A stretch of 64,000 nt of DNA from a virus. Below are positions 18,578 through 28,540 of the stretch, in pieces. Below the pieces are notes generated by a model. It saw only the letters and a list, made by a program, of their open reading frames with translations, was not told the origin of the DNA and ran no database searches. The translations under genes and the position numbers were made by a program. The stretch is from positions 216,236-280,235 of the IMG/VR virus record IMGVR_UViG_3300028029_000006; one strand, 5' to 3'. Positions within the stretch are counted from its first letter, which is position 1. The number at the start of each line of letters is the position of its first letter.

Positions 18578-18859
18578 ATGTATACTTATATTATTGGTTT
18601 TATTGTTAATTTAATTCTTATGGCAGTAATTATTAGATGGTTACCTATTGGTAAGTTAGCAAGGCTTGTAATTAAAACAGCTGAAAATGATGCAGCTAAA
18701 GCTCATTTTACTATTATGATAATTGGAGGGCCAATTACTGTATTTGCTATATTTTTTTACACATTTTTCAATCTAATTGCTTTTCCAAAGGAGAAAACAA
18801 TCCCTGAAGTAGAAGAGAAGAAGAGCGAATATAGAGACTGTGCTAAAAAAGAAAGTTAG
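18578..18859 (+). CDS. Putative membrane protein
   Basis: Two hydrophobic segments; the stop codon is within hammerhead stem II. Confidence 0.75.
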   Translation: MYTYIIGFIVNLILMAVIIRWLPIGKLARLVIKTAENDAAKAHFTIMIIGGPITVFAIFFYTFFNLIAFPKEKTIPEVEEKKSEYRDCAKKES

Positions 18860-18919
18860 GACGAAACATGCTTTGATTAGCATGTATAATGGTATGAAGC
18901 CTTTACTGATGAGTCCCAA
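18856..18919 (+). ncRNA. Type II hammerhead ribozyme
   Basis: TTAGGAC-GAAA-CATGCT/AGCATG-TA, stem I TAATGGT/GCCTTTA, CTGATGA-GTCCCAA. Complete core; predicted cut after 18886. Confidence 0.88.
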
Positions 18920-19102
18920 ATCACGCACGTATGCACAACAACTTAGTTAAGATAATCTGATTAAGTTGGGTTGCGGTTTATGTAATTATCTTGGGAGATA
19001 TTTATGTGAGCGAGGTAGAGGTGAAAAAACTGTTAACAACAATGATGATAGATTGTTAATTGGCCACAAGATCATCTGGCATTCATGCATGAGTGTCATT
19101 AT

Positions 19103-19214
19103 GCCTGACTGGTTTGTGGAGTTGTATTGATTTCCGGGTTTTGTTATATTCATAGATGCACTTGCTTTGATTTTCAATACGATTTTATCGAAGGTTCAAA
19201 TCCTTTGACAGGCT
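19103..19214 (+). ncRNA. tRNA-like RNA with no D-stem and an extended central arm (same family as 5941)
   Basis: GCCTGAC/GACAGGC acceptor (1 mismatch), linker ending GTGG, AGTTGTATTGA/TCAATACGATT helix, T-arm GAAGG-TTCAAAT-CCTTT. Confidence 0.55.
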
Positions 19215-19243
19215 CTAGTTAAATAACAAATAAGAAAGATAAC

Positions 19244-19477
19244 ATGACAGAACATATTAAGTGGCCAAAGATTACATCATTTCATAATGTACGAAAGGCA
19301 GTTAACAAATACCCTGAACTTTGTGGTACTAGTTTAAAGATTTCTTACATAGCTAAAATTAAGCTACACGGAACGAATTCGGCAATTCAGATTTCATCTA
19401 AAGATAATTCTGTTGTAGCTCAAAGTCGCTCTAGTAAGTGTCGGCTTTGGTATGTGGATAAAATCAATACTAGATAG
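19244..19477 (+). pseudogene. N-terminal fragment of an Rnl2-type RNA ligase
   Basis: Motif I KIKLHGTNSAI and following AQSR; only 77 aa; later ligase motifs absent. Confidence 0.75.
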
Positions 19478-19693
19478 ATAAAATCAATGCTACATAGACT
19501 GTGTTGGTTGGTGAGCCCACACGGCTTCGCTCAATAGCGTATGGCGGTAGCTAGCAGGCCCTACAAAGCCTCCCGTCACCTATGGCAGGGCCCACCATGG
19601 CGGCACGGTATGCCGGCCGTGTTCGCGCTGTGGTTAAAATGAAGTTAAGATGGTTTTTGGCGCTGCTGATCACAAATTATATAAAGGTTTTGA

Positions 19694-20233
19694 ATGAGTA
19701 ATTTAAAAAAAGAAATAATTGATATCTCTATTAAATATGATTATGAATTAGATTTAGAGTTCACTGAAGATAATGTTTTAACAGCTAAATCCAAAAAAGA
19801 GTTCGGGGATAAACTTACAAAAGTAAGTACCACTCAAAGATTCTCAGAAAAATTTATTAGAGAATTTAAAAATGAAGTATATTGGTTTTGGGTATCTTGT
19901 AACAGTGATTTATCAGAAACATTTATTAGAGAATTTAAAGGTGAAGTAGATTGGCAATGTATATCTCAATATCAAACATTATCTGAAACATTTATTAGAG
20001 AATTTAAAGATAAAGTAGATTGGTATTGTATATCTGATGGCCAAACATTATCAGAAGAGTTTATTGAAGAGTTTCAAAATGATTTAGATTGGAACGGCAT
20101 TATTATGAATCAAGCTTTAAGCATTTCTTTTATTAAAAAATTATCTAATAAAATTAATTTAATCAATTTAGCTATGAATAACGAAAAGTTTACAGAGCAT
20201 TTAGTGAAGTTATTTTTAACATCTAAGGATTAA
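19694..20233 (+). CDS. Trp-repeat protein (22-aa repeat)
   Basis: LSETFIREFKDKVDW-type repeats. Confidence 0.88.
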   Translation: MSNLKKEIIDISIKYDYELDLEFTEDNVLTAKSKKEFGDKLTKVSTTQRFSEKFIREFKNEVYWFWVSCNSDLSETFIREFKGEVDWQCISQYQTLSETFIREFKDKVDWYCISDGQTLSEEFIEEFQNDLDWNGIIMNQALSISFIKKLSNKINLINLAMNNEKFTEHLVKLFLTSKD

Positions 20234-20438
20234 TATGTATAAAGTATTTGTAAGAAATTGGTGGAAGAAAAATTCTAAATGTCCTAGTGGAAGAGAGCCT
20301 GATTCTAATGCAAGAAAAATGATTTTAGGTTATATGTCTTCTGAAAAAGAAGCCCGAGATTTTTGCAAAGAATATAACGAAACTCATGAACCAGGTTATC
20401 TAAGTAGGAAAGCGGAGTACATGCAACTCTAATGAATT

Positions 20439-20789
20439 ATGAATTACCGTACCAATTATTTAGCTAAAGTAGATGACACAGACAGGTGCCCATTTTGTGA
20501 TATTGATGTGACTTATATTCCTTGGCCTAAGTGTTGGTTTAAAGGAAGATTTTTTCCATCAATGGTTACTGTATCTTCAAGAAGTTTTAGTAATGAACTT
20601 TTTACTGTAACATGTAAGAACTGCAAATATGAGTGGCAACCTAATGAAAAAGAAGAAGAAGTTAATTTAGAAAATAGATACAATACTACTGATAAAGTAG
20701 ATGATTTATACAATAGAAAAAAACCACCAGCATTACCTGTACCACCTATGCCAATGATGGTGCAAGGTCAATGGTCAAAAAATAAATGA
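20439..20789 (+). CDS. Zn-ribbon hypothetical protein
   Basis: CPFC...CKNC; Pro-rich tail. Confidence 0.7.
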   Translation: MNYRTNYLAKVDDTDRCPFCDIDVTYIPWPKCWFKGRFFPSMVTVSSRSFSNELFTVTCKNCKYEWQPNEKEEEVNLENRYNTTDKVDDLYNRKKPPALPVPPMPMMVQGQWSKNK

Positions 20790-21121
20790 ATAAAAACAAG
20801 TTAGAAGCAATCAAAAAACTATATGAATTAATTAATTGGGTTAATGATAATGATGGGAATGTAGACGCTCAAGATTTCGCAGATAATTGTCATGAAATAT
20901 ACCATTTTGCTTGGTCAGATATGGAAAAACCATCTTACCTAGAGCCGGGTTTGCAAACATTAGATTTAGCTTGCTGCATTATTGATAGAAAAGAAGATTT
21001 TATTAGTTTGGTTAGTCAGCATAGAAACTTGCCAGGCGGTGAATATTATCAAGATGTTCAAGAAGAATGGTATGATGACGAAGAAGAAAAAGCTGAAAGA
21101 GCAGGAATGCTCTACGATTGA
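20786..21121 (+). CDS. Hypothetical acidic protein
   Basis: ATGA-coupled ORF. Confidence 0.75.
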   Translation: MNKNKLEAIKKLYELINWVNDNDGNVDAQDFADNCHEIYHFAWSDMEKPSYLEPGLQTLDLACCIIDRKEDFISLVSQHRNLPGGEYYQDVQEEWYDDEEEKAERAGMLYD

Positions 21122-21173
21122 AATTAAATAAACATTAACAAATTAACAAGATAGATTTTAGAAAGATAAATAA

Positions 21174-21641
21174 ATGATTAAAAAAATAGAGACAATTGCT
21201 TTTTTGAAAGCACAAGCGGCATCATTGGAAGCCGTTGGCGAAAACAAGCTGGCTAAACAAATGTTTAGTAGAATTAAGGTTCTGGAGGCTCAACTACAGC
21301 GAGCAAAAGTTAAGAGTAAAAATAAGGTAGTTGTTTTGGAGCCTGAGGCTGAAGTTCAAATGGTTTTTTCAGAGGGTCGAGTTTATTTTAAGACTCCTTA
21401 CCCTGGTAGCAGGCGATTGTTTGCTTTTAAAGAAAGCCTTAAGGCTGCATCGTTAGATAATGTTGGTCAGACAAATGCTAAGTGGATTAAGAAACTTAGT
21501 ATGTGGTCTTTTCCTGCAACCCCTAGTGCTATTATTGCTGTCAAGCAAGTGATTGCTAATTTCTTTTCCAATGCAACATTGGTTAATGAGAATGGTGAGA
21601 GCGTTGGCTCTTTACCTAAGAGTAATTATGTTGCAGGGTAA
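21174..21641 (+). CDS. Hypothetical protein
   Basis: AGAAAG RBS; 155 aa. Confidence 0.8.
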   Translation: MIKKIETIAFLKAQAASLEAVGENKLAKQMFSRIKVLEAQLQRAKVKSKNKVVVLEPEAEVQMVFSEGRVYFKTPYPGSRRLFAFKESLKAASLDNVGQTNAKWIKKLSMWSFPATPSAIIAVKQVIANFFSNATLVNENGESVGSLPKSNYVAG

Positions 21642-21925
21642 TTTGTAACAACTAAGAAATGAATTATGAAGAAAATGCGTGGTATTAAGAAATTAAAAAA
21701 GGCACTTTCCATTTTTGAAAAATATAATTTTGATTATGATTTAGATTCGTCTATTTTTTACACAACAGAAAATGTTACAATTTCAAAACGAGATTTTAAA
21801 AAATTAAAAAAAATGTACTTTTATCCTAGCAAAAGTTTCCCATGTTTTATGGAAGGGAGTTACTATGCAAAAAGAGGATTTGGTTTTAAACCACCATGGT
21901 TAAAATGTAATACTTAACAGCTAAT

Positions 21926-22267
21926 TTGGAAAATAAATCAAAAGCTTGGAAATTTATTGGGGAAGGTAATGATAGAAAAGTTTATCAATTACCTTCCGGT
22001 AATGTTATTAAGATTCCTATCCCTCATACTAATGGTGAGTTTGTTAATTGTCGAGAAGATTATCTTTGGAAAAATAGAATAAACTATGATGAACAATTTG
22101 CTCGTTGTAGATTAATTCCAGGAACATTTTTATTAGTAATGGAATTTGTTAAAACGTTTAGTTGTTCATCGGATTATAAAAATTTACCTAATTGGTGCAG
22201 TTACATTGATTGCAGTCAAGTTGGTTTAAATAAAAAAGGTAAACTTGTAGCTTATGATTACGGTTAG
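21926..22267 (+). CDS. Minimal protein-kinase-like protein
   Basis: IGEGNDRKVY, VIKIP, LLVMEF, IDCSQVG and terminal AYDYG resemble kinase-fold motifs. Confidence 0.6.
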   Translation: MENKSKAWKFIGEGNDRKVYQLPSGNVIKIPIPHTNGEFVNCREDYLWKNRINYDEQFARCRLIPGTFLLVMEFVKTFSCSSDYKNLPNWCSYIDCSQVGLNKKGKLVAYDYG

Positions 22268-22491
22268 GAATGAATTATGATTGAAGAATTAAACATGGAA
22301 GATAAATAAAATGCTTTATTGTGTTAATGAAAATTGGGATAACGATGGAAGCATTGGTTACTCCTCTGTAAAAGAGTTTACTGATATGTGTGAAGGTTGT
22401 TTTGATCTAGTTCCAGTCTTAGTTGAAGATTGGGAAGGTGATTGGTTTGAGAAACAAGGTGATAATTTGATTCTTACATTGGAGAAGCGTG

Positions 22492-22878
22492 ATGTATAAG
22501 ATTAACAAAGAACATATTGAGAATTTGCTTAACCGAAATGATGAAATTGGAGTTGCTTCGGTTCGCAAAGCGATGTTGGTTTTGCATAATAAAAAAGATG
22601 TTGATGGATTTCATCGAGGTGACTGGTGCAATGGAGCTTTTTATGCTAACTTAGTTGAGCTTGGTTATAAACTGGGTGCTCAGCATTTTAAGAATGCCAA
22701 GAAGATGGCTTTGAAGTATTCAGATCAATTGGTTGTGGCAGCTCAGAAAAAAGCTGAAGATAGATACTTTGAAAGTTACAGGCAGGTTAATTTGAATGCC
22801 AAGCATTCAAGTAAGATTGTGAGTAATTTAAATGAAATGGAAAGCATTCCTAAAACAAAGCGTTCGAAAGTTGCGTAA
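22492..22878 (+). CDS. Hypothetical protein
   Basis: GGAG RBS; about 128 aa. Confidence 0.75.
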   Translation: MYKINKEHIENLLNRNDEIGVASVRKAMLVLHNKKDVDGFHRGDWCNGAFYANLVELGYKLGAQHFKNAKKMALKYSDQLVVAAQKKAEDRYFESYRQVNLNAKHSSKIVSNLNEMESIPKTKRSKVA

Positions 22879-22879
22879 T

Positions 22880-23176
22880 ATGATTAGTCTTGATAAGTTT
22901 GTTGAGTCTGTTTTTAGTACTGAAGATGATTCAGTTAAGATTCCTATGAAGATGTGGTCTGTTGAAGATGATCGTTTGAAAGGAGTTGTTCCTAATCATG
23001 TCGCTCAAGGTGATATGGTTTATTTTAGAGGCGAGAAAATCATTAGAACATCTAAGATTACTAATCTATTTTGTGACCATGATGGTAATTATGCTAAGAC
23101 GGAGTCTGGTACTGTTTACAAGTTGGTTGGATTGAGTCGAGAAGATTTGATTGAAGAGTCTAATAATGAGCTATAG
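22880..23176 (+). CDS. Hypothetical protein, paralog of 58460..58744
   Basis: Shared (I/V)RTSxIT...TxSGTxYxL. Confidence 0.75.
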   Translation: MISLDKFVESVFSTEDDSVKIPMKMWSVEDDRLKGVVPNHVAQGDMVYFRGEKIIRTSKITNLFCDHDGNYAKTESGTVYKLVGLSREDLIEESNNEL

Positions 23177-23557
23177 AAATTTAAAGGAAGTTGAGATTGA
23201 AACGGATGAAGATGATTTTAACGCCAACTCTGCGCTTCAATTAAATAAAGAACACAACAAAAAAGAGAAGCATAAGAAAAAGCTTATTAAACTTTTTGAA
23301 TCGAAAAAAATCTATGGTGATTTTATTAAAAAAGTTAAACATAATAGTAAGCAAAGTATATTAGAAATTGGATTTAATTTTTATGATTATAATATTTCTT
23401 ATAGTAATACTGATGATATTGATTTTTTAAGAGATTATTTAAGAAAAAGCTTGAAGAAAAAGGTTTTATAGTTACTAAACTTATTTATAAGCATATAAAT
23501 TATAGTATAATATCAGATGATTTCAATGTATCATGGGATGTTTCTGTTAGTGCTATT

Positions 23558-23998
23558 TTGCCGGAAAATGATTCTGAACTAAACGCAAATCAAGCTGCTT
23601 GGTTAGCTAAATTAAATGATGAGAGTATCATAGTAGATTCCCCTCAAGAAATCTACAAAGATAGATTTATTACATTAATAAAAGCTGCAGCAGCAAGAGG
23701 TAAAAAAGAAATATCAATGACAGTTGATTTGGATTCATTTGAATATAGATTTAAAAAAGATATTGTTAAGAATCTAGCTGAAATTCTTAGGTTAAAAAAC
23801 TTTAATGTAAAATACACAATCAAAGATGATTATGATTATGATAACATGATTTTTCACGTTAGCTGGGGTAAATTTAAACCTAAAACAATTGTAAAACCTC
23901 AAACAAGAAAAGAAAAAATGGTAAATGTAGCGCAAATTGGATTCATCGCTTTCTGTCTTTCGTTTGCGTTCATTGGGATTCCATTGTGGCTCTTCTAA
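23558..23998 (+). CDS. Hypothetical protein with C-terminal TM helix
   Basis: Hydrophobic C-terminus; start uncertain. Confidence 0.65.
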   Translation: MPENDSELNANQAAWLAKLNDESIIVDSPQEIYKDRFITLIKAAAARGKKEISMTVDLDSFEYRFKKDIVKNLAEILRLKNFNVKYTIKDDYDYDNMIFHVSWGKFKPKTIVKPQTRKEKMVNVAQIGFIAFCLSFAFIGIPLWLF

Positions 23999-24004
23999 AA
24001 TATT

Positions 24005-24262
24005 ATGATAAATATTAGATTAATTAATAAGATTAAATTCTTTGCCAAGCCTATTTGTTTGGCAGCCTTGCTTCCTTTAATTTGTTATATTGAAAAAACT
24101 GTTTTCGGATCTATCAATAACAGTTTCGTTGTGTACAGTTTCATAGTAAGCTTGTATCTTATGAAAGCTCCTATGAAGCACTTATCTGAGTTGGTGTTTG
24201 CGACTGTCGCTGGTTTAACCTCAGTTTTGTTATGCGTTATTTTTATGGTGACGTTTATGTAG
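24005..24262 (+). CDS. Small membrane protein
   Basis: Three hydrophobic segments. Confidence 0.7.
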   Translation: MINIRLINKIKFFAKPICLAALLPLICYIEKTVFGSINNSFVVYSFIVSLYLMKAPMKHLSELVFATVAGLTSVLLCVIFMVTFM

Positions 24263-24277
24263 GTTGAAAAAATAATT

Positions 24278-25642
24278 ATGAAGAGTGTAATGGAAATAAA
24301 CTGTTTTGGCAATAAATATTGGAAATTACCAAACGGAGATTTACATAGAGACAATGATTTACCAGCTGTTGAATGGGCAGATGGAGCTAAAGAATGGTGG
24401 TTAAATGGAGATCTTCATAGAGGTAATGACTTACCAGCTATTGAATATAAAAATGGAGAAAAGTATTGGTATGTAAATGGGAAACTACATAGAACTGATG
24501 GCTCAGCATTTGAAAATGCAAGTGGTCATAAATTATGGTATCTTGAAAATGTCAGGTATTCTGAAGAAGAGTTTAATGAAAAAGTTAAAATGATTTCTAC
24601 ATATTCAACAAGTGGAAGTGGAGTGGAACATTGGAGATTACCAAATGGTTCTCTTCATAGAGAGAATAATTTACCAGCAAAAGAATACACAGATGGAACT
24701 CAAAAATGGTTTTTTAATGGTAAACTTCATAGAACAAATGGTCCAGCTATTGAGTGGGCAAATGGAGATAAATATTGGTATCTTGAAGGTATTCGTTACT
24801 CTAAAGAAGAGTACAACGAGAAGGTTAAAACGATTTCTACATGTAAAATATATGAAAATGGAGATAAACGTTGGAGATTACCAAATGGTAAACTTCATAG
24901 AGAAAATGATTTGCCAGCTGCTGAATGGTTAAATGGAAGTAAATTTTGGTATGTAAATGGTTTAAATCATAGAACAAATGGTCCAGCAGTTGAATATGCA
25001 GGTGGAGATAAATACTGGTGGCTTGAAGGTGTAAGGTATTCTGAAGAAGAGTATAATAATATTAATAAAACCAAAAACGAAAACGAAAATGATATGAAAG
25101 AAAATGAAATGGACGAACAACCAGAAAAGAAATATGAAGAAGGTGGCAGCACATCAAAACTTGACAAAGTCAAAAGTGCCGGAAGCAAAATCGGAAGCTC
25201 AATCAAGCATGGTTTTGCAGTTGGTGCAGCAACCGAAGGGGCAAATTTGGCATTCAATTTTTTCTTTGAGAAGCTTGGCCTTCCAAAAGAATTCTTAAAT
25301 GATCCAATTAAGAAAGAAATTCTTATGGGGTTGTCAGTGGCCGCTCTTTATGTAGGGTCTTCTGTTTATGAAGAACAGGTTCCTGGCATGAAAAGATTGC
25401 AAAACGGTTGTGAGTTGGTTATCGAAGGTAAAAGCAAAGATAACTTCACAGCGCTAACTTCACATGTTCTTCCAATGTTGATGCAAGCAAGTGAATTAAT
25501 GAAACCGAATTCTCTTATTAATTCATTAACTAAGCAAGAGAAGCTAAGAGTTGAAAATGTTAACGCAATTTCATCTGGTGAATTAATTAATGAAGAGGAA
25601 GGAGATTATGAACAAGCAAACAGTATTACCAGATCATCATGA
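24278..25642 (+). CDS. Beta-hairpin repeat protein fused to the conserved KHG-AxGAATEGAN C-terminal module
   Basis: Three tandem repeat blocks, then the module shared with 26539 and 48221. Confidence 0.9.
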   Translation: MKSVMEINCFGNKYWKLPNGDLHRDNDLPAVEWADGAKEWWLNGDLHRGNDLPAIEYKNGEKYWYVNGKLHRTDGSAFENASGHKLWYLENVRYSEEEFNEKVKMISTYSTSGSGVEHWRLPNGSLHRENNLPAKEYTDGTQKWFFNGKLHRTNGPAIEWANGDKYWYLEGIRYSKEEYNEKVKTISTCKIYENGDKRWRLPNGKLHRENDLPAAEWLNGSKFWYVNGLNHRTNGPAVEYAGGDKYWWLEGVRYSEEEYNNINKTKNENENDMKENEMDEQPEKKYEEGGSTSKLDKVKSAGSKIGSSIKHGFAVGAATEGANLAFNFFFEKLGLPKEFLNDPIKKEILMGLSVAALYVGSSVYEEQVPGMKRLQNGCELVIEGKSKDNFTALTSHVLPMLMQASELMKPNSLINSLTKQEKLRVENVNAISSGELINEEEGDYEQANSITRSS

Positions 25643-26060
25643 CCTGGAAGCATTTGTTTCCGCATTATATTGTGGAAAATTATATCCTAATTTAGTTCTT
25701 ATTGATACAATTGAGTTATTTATTAATAATGGATTGATAATTAAAGATGAGGATGATCCTAAAAATTATTTAATAACTGACAAAGCGAGGGAAATGTCAG
25801 CAAAGTTGTTGACAAAATTTTCTAAGATGTTAGAGTCAGATGTAGATGAAACTTTAATACTGTGGGATAAATTTGATGCTCAGGAATATTTGACTTATTC
25901 TGAAATTAAGGTTTTAATTAAAAACTCTGAAGATAGTCTTGCCTGTTTAGAGGAGTACGATTCTTATTCCAAAGAGCGTGGAGAAAATTTAAATAAACAT
26001 GGTATTATGATTAGCCAGCGTAGTTTAAAATCTATGCAGTTTCTTAGAAACAAGGATTAA
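25608..26060 (+). CDS. Hypothetical protein
   Basis: AGGAG RBS before ATG 25608. Confidence 0.7.
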   Translation: MNKQTVLPDHHDLEAFVSALYCGKLYPNLVLIDTIELFINNGLIIKDEDDPKNYLITDKAREMSAKLLTKFSKMLESDVDETLILWDKFDAQEYLTYSEIKVLIKNSEDSLACLEEYDSYSKERGENLNKHGIMISQRSLKSMQFLRNKD

Positions 26061-26062
26061 AA

Positions 26063-26311
26063 ATGAAATTAACATTAAAAGATTATAGTGACGAATCCTT
26101 TGAGTATTCTTGTTTCGCTATTGAAAAAGCGGTTCATGATGGTAAAGAATGGGAGGCATGAAGTTTAATGATTAACGCTGAAGAAATCGCTCTTCTTGAG
26201 GAAGAGCTTGAGGTAAAAGGTGGTTGGTATCCTGAATTGGATGTTAGTTTGGATCAGCTTAAGGTTCTAACTGAATTTCAAGTTGATCTATCTGACTTGA
26301 AAAGGCTTTAA
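26063..26311 (+). pseudogene. Hypothetical gene with in-frame TGA at 26159
   Basis: Coding-like acidic frame on both sides of a single TGA. Confidence 0.5.
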
Positions 26312-26538
26312 TTTAAGAAAGATAATCTTTGTTGTCCCAAAGGATGCGGTTGGTATTTCTCACTGTATTGTGATAGCTATATTTTGTTTATTAATAAACA
26401 AAATACTTACTCTAATTTTAAGCCATACAGTTTTCTTTTTTGGTTAGCTCAAGAGGCCGCGACTCTTGAAGTTAAATTTCGTGATATTATTATCTACAAA
26501 TTTTCAGAAGATTTTAAAATTAATATAAGTCACTTTCA

Positions 26539-28512
26539 ATGAGTAAAAAACCTGTAATTCCTGATAGAATCAAACTTCAATACGCAAAAGATATTATTCA
26601 ATTAGAAGATGAACGGGTTGCAGATATTATGTTAAATTTAACAATGAAAGAATCTCTTAAAGAAGAAATAGATGGAATCATTTGTGATAATTTAAATTTT
26701 AATCCTCTTGATTATGATGAAGATGAAGTTTTGATCATAACTAATAATCTTATCCAAGAGATAAAAAGCAAATTATCTTGGGTTTATGTTTCTACTCATA
26801 AAACATTATCTGAAGATTTTATTAGAGAATTTCAAGATGAAGTGAGTTGGGGTTGTATTTCTAGCTCTCAAGATTTATCTGAAGATTTTATTAAAGAATT
26901 TCAAGATAAAGTAGATTGGAAATTTATATTTTGGTGTCAAAAGTTATCAGAAGATTTCATAAGAGAGTTTAAAGATAAAGTATATTGGAATGGTTTATCT
27001 TTGAATCAAAAGTTATCAGAAGATTTTATTAGAGAATTTCAAGATAAAGTAGATTGGATATTTATATCTTATTATCAGAAATTATCAGAAGATTTTATTA
27101 GAGAGTTTAAAGATAAAGTAGATTGGGAATGTATATCTTCTCATCAAACATTATCAGAAGATTTTATTAGAGAATTTCAAGATAAAGTAGACTGGTATGA
27201 AATATCTCAATATCAAAATTTATCAGAAGATTTTATTAGAGAATTTCAAGATAAAGTAGACTGGTTAGAGATTTCATCAGAGCAAAAATTATCTAACAAA
27301 TTTCTTTTTGAATTTGTTAACGAAATTGATTGGAATCAAATTTCTGAAAAACAAAAAAATGATTTTTCCAATCATCTTAATGAAGATGATTGGCAGGGTT
27401 TACTTTGTTATAAAGTCTTGTCTGAAGATTTCAAAGAAGAGTTCAAACACAAACTTAAACCAAATGAAAAAGAATCAATGAAAAAGTCCTTAAAGGAAGA
27501 GATTAAAGATATTGCTTTGTTATATGATGACATTGCAATTGAGTTTGATGTAAATGGAGATGTTATTATATCAGAAGAGTTTTTGGCTAATTTTAGAGAT
27601 GAGGTAAATTGGAATTATATATCTTGGCATAAAAAACTATCAGAAGATTTTATTAGAGAATTTAAAGATAAAGTAATTTGGATTGATATATCTTATAATC
27701 AAAAATTATCTGAAGATTTTATTAGAGAATTTCAAGATAAAGTGAGTTGGGGTTGTATTTCTAGCTCTCAAGATTTATCTGAAGATTTTATTAGAGAATT
27801 TCAAGATAAAGTAAATTGGGGTTGTATTTCTAGCTATCAAGATTTATCTGAAGATTTTATTAGAGAATTTCAAGATAAAGTAAATTGGACTAATATATCT
27901 TTGAATCAAAAGTTATCAGAAGATTTAAAAGAAAAGTTCAAACACAAGCTAACACAAAAGAAAGAAAAAACAATGAACGAAGAAAAATCACAAATGGATT
28001 TGGTAAAACAATCTGGAAAAAAAATCACTAATTCAATCAAACATGGCGTTGCAATTGGAGCAGCAACCGAAGGAGCTAACTACGCATTCAATCTAATAGC
28101 AAAGCAACTTGGGCTATCAGAAGAAGTATTGAACAATCCAGTTCAACGAGAACTTCTTATGGGATTGGCTGTTGCCGCACTTCATGTAGGCTCAACTGTA
28201 TTTGAAGATCAAATTCCTGGTATGGATAAGGTACAATCTGGATGTGAATTAGTTATCCAAGGTAAAAGCAAAGATAACTTCTCCGCAATTGCTCAACAAT
28301 TTATTCCTATTCTTATGAATGCTGCTCAAATGATGGATCCACAAGTAGCTATGGAAAATATGATGAAGGACGCAAACAAAGTTCGAATTGCTCAAGATAA
28401 AGATAAATTGAGAGTTGAATCTAAATTGGTTAATTCTTCTGATGAGGATATTGAAGTTGAGATTGAAAATGAAACAAAGAAAAAGCAAGAGCTAAAAATG
28501 GTAGCTAAATAA
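26539..28512 (+). CDS. Trp-repeat protein fused to the conserved C-terminal module
   Basis: Two blocks of 66-bp repeats, then SIKHGVAIGAATEGAN...GCELVIQGKSKDNF. Confidence 0.92.
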   Translation: MSKKPVIPDRIKLQYAKDIIQLEDERVADIMLNLTMKESLKEEIDGIICDNLNFNPLDYDEDEVLIITNNLIQEIKSKLSWVYVSTHKTLSEDFIREFQDEVSWGCISSSQDLSEDFIKEFQDKVDWKFIFWCQKLSEDFIREFKDKVYWNGLSLNQKLSEDFIREFQDKVDWIFISYYQKLSEDFIREFKDKVDWECISSHQTLSEDFIREFQDKVDWYEISQYQNLSEDFIREFQDKVDWLEISSEQKLSNKFLFEFVNEIDWNQISEKQKNDFSNHLNEDDWQGLLCYKVLSEDFKEEFKHKLKPNEKESMKKSLKEEIKDIALLYDDIAIEFDVNGDVIISEEFLANFRDEVNWNYISWHKKLSEDFIREFKDKVIWIDISYNQKLSEDFIREFQDKVSWGCISSSQDLSEDFIREFQDKVNWGCISSYQDLSEDFIREFQDKVNWTNISLNQKLSEDLKEKFKHKLTQKKEKTMNEEKSQMDLVKQSGKKITNSIKHGVAIGAATEGANYAFNLIAKQLGLSEEVLNNPVQRELLMGLAVAALHVGSTVFEDQIPGMDKVQSGCELVIQGKSKDNFSAIAQQFIPILMNAAQMMDPQVAMENMMKDANKVRIAQDKDKLRVESKLVNSSDEDIEVEIENETKKKQELKMVAK

Positions 28513-28540
28513 ACAAAAGGTAAGATAATATCTTACCAAT

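Noticed and set aside
19500-19640. Group II intron remnant
   Set aside because: No convincing domain V or 5' GUGCG seen on either strand.
26800-27930. 66-bp periodic repeats as a CRISPR array
   Set aside because: They are in-frame coding repeats with only a few variable bases; no spacers or cas genes.
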